DNA from: Octopus bimaculoides | Lineage: Eukaryota | Reading direction: 5' to 3' | NCBI RefSeq assembly: GCF_001194135.2 | Contig: NC_068988.1 | Location: forward strand, 42,544,132 to 42,580,658 | Length of the DNA: 36,527 nucleotides | Part shown: one piece after another, positions 32,254 to 36,527 of the stretch | Layout: every line of letters starts with the position of its first letter | Position numbering within the stretch: position 1 is the stretch's first letter | Position numbers and translations under genes: made by a program | The notes under the pieces: generated by a model | Database searches by the model: none | What the model saw: only the letters and a program-made list of their open reading frames with translations | What the model was told of the DNA's origin: nothing

Positions 32254-34257
32254 ATATTCACCACGATTAATAATGGACAAGAGAATTCAGCCAGCGACGA
32301 ACGTCTGTCCTCAAGAGCCCGGCCCGGCATGGAAGTTAACATCACAACTAGTGATCGCTGTGCCACACACAGCCTCAACTTCTTTCACATACAGACTCTT
32401 CCAATTTTGTACTCAAGAACTGGTATAAATGCTCACGTGTTACTGACTCTCTTTCTATCTGCTGTAATATCTCACATACACATACATGTATCACTCACAT
32501 ACACTCTTTTCTTTATACGACGGCCTGTCTTTTATTATGTTTTTATATGTCGCATTCACACTCACACACAGACATACATAAATATGCCACAATAAATAAT
32601 TCTGTTATTCATCTTCTATCGGTTGTCATCTATAGTCTTAATTACTGGTATTTACGAATTCACTAATGTTATCGTAGTATAACATTATTTGTATATCATT
32701 TTTGATATATTATTTTATGTTCGACCGTGTGACGCGTTTAAATAAAAGGAGTCCTGTTTTTTCCATTCGTCACCATTTCTCCTTTTTGAGTTCGCACGGT
32801 CGTTCTTACAACTGGTGACCACGACGTGATTCGGATAACCACTTTCCTATAAAAGTGGTGACCCCGAGTAAGAACAACCGCAGCCACGGATTCTGATCTA
32901 CCGACCGATAATACTACACTGCCGCCGCTGACATAAGTAAATACAGCATTTCGAACAGCTACCCGACTCAAGAACAAACGCAGCCTGGAGATTTCCTATA
33001 ACTGGTGACACGACTAAAAGAACGACTGCAGCCGAAAATCTGAACTGCGACCAATAATGCTACAATTGGTACCTCGAGCTAAAAGATCTACGGGCCTCAT
33101 TTCAACAGCCATTGAATTCGTATGTTTCGCGACGTTCAACATCAGGATTGCCTCTACATTCTCATCAAATACAAGTGAGAAGCTAAGAAAATTTTTTCTA
33201 CGTTAAAGTTTTTCTTTTTGTCAATGACTTACAGAGCCTATAACCAAAGACTTCTTTATTGCTAAGACCTTTGTGGTTTTTTCACACAAAAAACTTCACG
33301 GTTATTTCATCCTAACAACTTTTTGAGCGATTTCCTATATGTTTTACGAGACGTCAATTCATTCGCTCACAGCGTCCTCTACTTGCTGAAAATAGCAGTA
33401 AAATGCACAGTTACATTTCAGTGAGTACATAACATTTATTGATGCTTACTTGTTCCCAGTTCAGCTTATTTCACACCTCTCCGTTTCTCTCGGCCGGAGA
33501 ATGGAAGAGTTACTGGTTTATCTTTATTTGCATCAAGATGTTTTTGGTCATTTCCGCTCGCAGCTCCGAATTCATAACAGCATCTCCAGCCAAGCCTACC
33601 ATCGCCGTCGCCATCGCAACCCGTAGTCTTGGGTTGAATTTCTTCAAGGTCGACGCTAATGGTCGTACAGAGATTGTGTCTGTCGACCGTCTGAAAAAGC
33701 GTACCTTTTCAAACACCACTGTCAACATCGTTACCACCACACATACAGCAGCAGCAGCAATTCCAGCGACTCCATCAACAGCATCTCCAGCTACGACTAC
33801 ACACCGCCGTCGCCAACAGCAACACGAGTCTACGACTACTACCAAGCATCGTCCTCGCCACCAGCGTCAACACGGCTTTCTATGTACACCAATCCAAACC
33901 ACCGCGGCACATCTCTCTCTCTTCAATTCTGTTAGGTGTTTCATATTCACCACGATTAATAATAGACAAGAGAATTCAGCCAGCGACGAACATCTGTATA
34001 ACAAGAATCCGGCCCGGCATGGAAGTCCCAACATCACAACAACTAGTGATCGCTCTGCCACACAGCCTCAACTTCTTTCACATACAGACTCTTCCAATTG
34101 TGTACTCAACGAACTGGTATAAATGCTCACGTGTTACTGACTTTTTTCTATCTGCTGTATATAACGCACACACATACATGTATCACTCACACACACTCTT
34201 TCCTTTATATGACGGCTTGTCTTTTATTATGTTTTTATATGTCGCATTCACACTCAC
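32254..34257 (+). mobile_element. Internally deleted Ty3/Gypsy-like LTR retrotransposon (LTR family Y)
   Basis: Direct repeats 32254-32565 and 33943-34257. The 5' LTR ends TTACA at 32810 and the second LTR starts TGTTAGG at 33930. PBS at 32813. Integrase C-terminal motif FFKVDANGRTEIVSVDRLK near 33640-33700. Confidence 0.85.
32813..32831 (+). promoter_or_regulatory. Primer binding site complementary to tRNA-Trp
   Basis: TGGTGACCaCGACGTGATT versus TGGTGACCCCGACGTGATT, the complement of the eukaryotic tRNA-Trp 3' end (1 mismatch). It lies 2 nt after the LTR end. Confidence 0.85.
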
Positions 34258-34479
34258 GATCAACAGACCAGTTAAAATGTTCAGTACCAGGTAACAGGTC
34301 CCAACTAGCATTCGACGCTCAACTACAGCTCTGCTCACTGACCACAACTTCCTGCGTATTAACATTCATTTCTTTGATTTTTCTTTGTGTGTGTTTGTGC
34401 CACATCTTGTGGTTGGTTTCAGTGGCCATCTTGCCTCAGACGTCCCTCCAAAATTTCTATTTTCGTGCTTCCACACTCA

Positions 34480-34870
34480 AGGAGGAGCCATTGTAGTGAC
34501 GTCATTTGGCGCCAAAATACAGTCGCCATTACTGCGTTTTCATCTACGCATGCACAGGGAATAGTTCCGGAAGGAACACAGGAAGAGTCCCATGCGCATG
34601 CGTGGAATTCAACATCTAAACGTTCCCGCTCAATTCATTCTCTTTCTCGGTCGGCCGGCCATGAGCATGGACGGGTCAAGCTGTCTCTCCAGCATTCCAA
34701 CTCTGGGGACAGCTCATTCCAACATTCCAACGTCTCAGCAACCATGCCTATTTTCCTCCATAAATAAATATTGTTGTGTTGATAGTTCAGAGTCGCGTTT
34801 CGTTGTGTTTATTCCGAATTTAATATAGGAAAGCAGGTGTACACCTAATGGTGTATAACTACTTTCCTAA
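34480..34870 (+). mobile_element. Polypurine tract plus 3' LTR of family X
   Basis: AAGGAGGAG lies just before TGTAGTGACGTCA (34492). Homologous to 29355-29732. Confidence 0.75.
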
Positions 34871-35138
34871 ATGTGTTTGAGTTTTATTAAAGTTCTTAAG
34901 AAACTTCAAGACGGTCGTTAACAAAGCAACAAGACTTTGAGTTAAGAGAGTTTCCGGTGTTTGTAAATATATGGTTGAGTTGGTATATATATGGTTGAGT
35001 TGAACTGTCGATGCATACACCCAAGTGAGTGTATCTATTGACCTAAAGAATCTCAGATGGAGAATCTTTGGAATGACTTCTAAATGTATGCGTGCATGTA
35101 TGTATACAGATGTATGCATGTATGTATACAGATGTATG

Positions 35139-35167
<29 letters not shown>

Positions 35168-35169
<2 letters not shown>

Positions 35170-35710
35170 GGTCCTGAGAACAGCTGATATCTTGAGTATT
35201 GAGGCAATGGTGCACAAGCAACGGCTACGTTGGACTGGACACCTTATTAGAATGAAGGATAGCAGGATTCCTAAGCAGATGCTATATGGAGAACTTGTGA
35301 ATAGAGGGAGACTCTAGCGGAAACCAAGGCGGCGATTTAAGGACTGTGTCAAGTCCTCATTAAAGGCCTGTGATATGCAGAACACTGACTGGGAGAACAA
35401 TGCCTGTCATCGCCACAGATGGAGGAAGCAGGTTAAGGAGGGGATCGACAGTTTTGAGAGAGCACGTATCCAGCATAAAGAACTTAAGCGAGCTGCGCGA
35501 AAGCGCACGGCTCGTATAGTGAATGGGGAAAGCTTGGTCTGCAATGTTTGCAGTCGTATATGCTTGTCAAGAGCAGGGCTCATTAGCCACCAACGGAGCC
35601 GCAAATGCAAAATATTAGTCCTAGAGCGCACAATGTTCCTGAAGGTCAGCAATGGTCTTCCTCGGTCACGAGTGGACGGCCATCATCATCATGTATGTAT
35701 GTATGTATGT
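35168..35710 (+). mobile_element. RTE-clade LINE 3' fragment with C-terminal zinc finger and a (CAT)n(ATGT)n tail
   Basis: SIEAMVHKQRLRWTGHLIRMKDSRIPKQMLYGEL..*RKPRRRFKDCVK.SLK..WEN.A..R..WR..V..G...FE..R..CNVCSRICLSRAGLISHQR. Confidence 0.92.
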
Positions 35711-35887
35711 AGTGCAACTTGTATATACAGAATATGGTAATTCAAGGATAAGTTATTATTATAAGCAATGATCTTACAATGTTTTTCCTATTGGCAATAA
35801 AATTAGTTGCACGTGACAAGACGTGGTCTCCATGTTATTACAGTACAGTTTTGAACTTAAGGCACTAAAGCTGTTATTACGTTAGCC

Positions 35888-36490
35888 ATTGCCTCTCCGC
35901 TTTTTGTTTATTCGAAAGTAGAGCAACAATCAATGATTTGTTTTCTGCTGGCTGAAGATTTATTAGGGGCCGAAATCCATGGAAGACTTTCAGTACAATA
36001 TGGAAACAATGTTTTGATTCAATCAACTAAGACTGGGTTAAAAATTCGTAAGTGGTTTTATGCTTTATGAAAAGACTGGACGTCCGTGTCCTGTAATAAT
36101 GACAGTAGTAACGCAGGTATTTTGGTAGGATTCTCAAGGACCAACATAGGAGTATTATCACCAGAGAAGCGGAACAGTAAATAATGCTCATTACAGTGAG
36201 ACGCTGCGTAACAAACTAAGGACTGTGATTCTAAACCAACACCTAGACTACAGCCGAAAGATATAGTGTTGCTGCAGACGATACTTGTTCCCATATGGCT
36301 GCTGACATTCTTTGGATATTCTTAAAATTGACCTTTGAGGTGTTGGAGAATCTTCTATGTAGTCTTCATCCTGCACGTTTGGACTATTATCTTTTTGTGC
36401 TAACAAAAGACACTTCTACAAAGTGTCGATTTATCATAGACCAAGAAATGAAGGAACTGGTATATATGTGACTCATCTCTCAGCCAATAT
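35888..36490 (+). pseudogene. Mariner transposase remnant, internally deleted
   Basis: N-terminal HTH: ASPLFVYSKVEQQSMICFLLAE..GAEIHGRLSVQYGN. Catalytic part: VFW*DSQG..TVNNAHYSETLRNKL..DDTCSH.A..LTFEVLE....LDYYLF..KD...RF..DQEMKE.V, a degenerate HDNARPH / YSPDLAP.D. Confidence 0.85.
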
Positions 36491-36527
36491 AATATAGCGA
36501 ATATTGTAGCTAATAGCTAATTCATAT

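Noticed and set aside
31663-33090. CRISPR-like array (24-25 bp repeats; PBS units)
   Set aside because: The 24-25 bp repeats have no spacers, the PBS units are degenerate, the context is eukaryotic and there are no cas genes.

Overview
This is AT-rich, microsatellite-dense animal nuclear DNA with seven N-gaps. The SINE families I recognise suggest an octopus (cephalopod) draft scaffold; that is an inference. I see no intact host protein-coding gene. The window is a mosaic of decayed mobile elements: two 5'-truncated Penelope-like elements (PLEs; RT plus GIY-YIG, minus strand); 3' fragments of Tx1/L1, CR1/L2-type, RLE (R4/NeSL-like) and RTE LINEs; a Ty3/Gypsy-like LTR composite with a tRNA-Trp primer binding site; mariner and Merlin transposase remnants; hAT-like, piggyBac-like and long-TIR MITEs; and about 15 tRNA-derived SINE copies. 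The most interesting layer is RNA structure. There is an intact type I hammerhead ribozyme at 2326-2412 in the inverted terminal repeat of a PLE. At least six further degenerate, variant or partial hammerhead motifs occur, most in a 12.9-16.3 kb island of tiny (TA)n-flanked elements. That island includes a 151-nt retrozyme-like monomer, a 266-bp mini-PLE with 44-bp inverted termini, and a pseudoknotted hammerhead-like fold at 13143-13226. A tandem array of LTR-end/PBS-like junctions lies at 32806-33090. All structures and translations were read by eye and none was computed.
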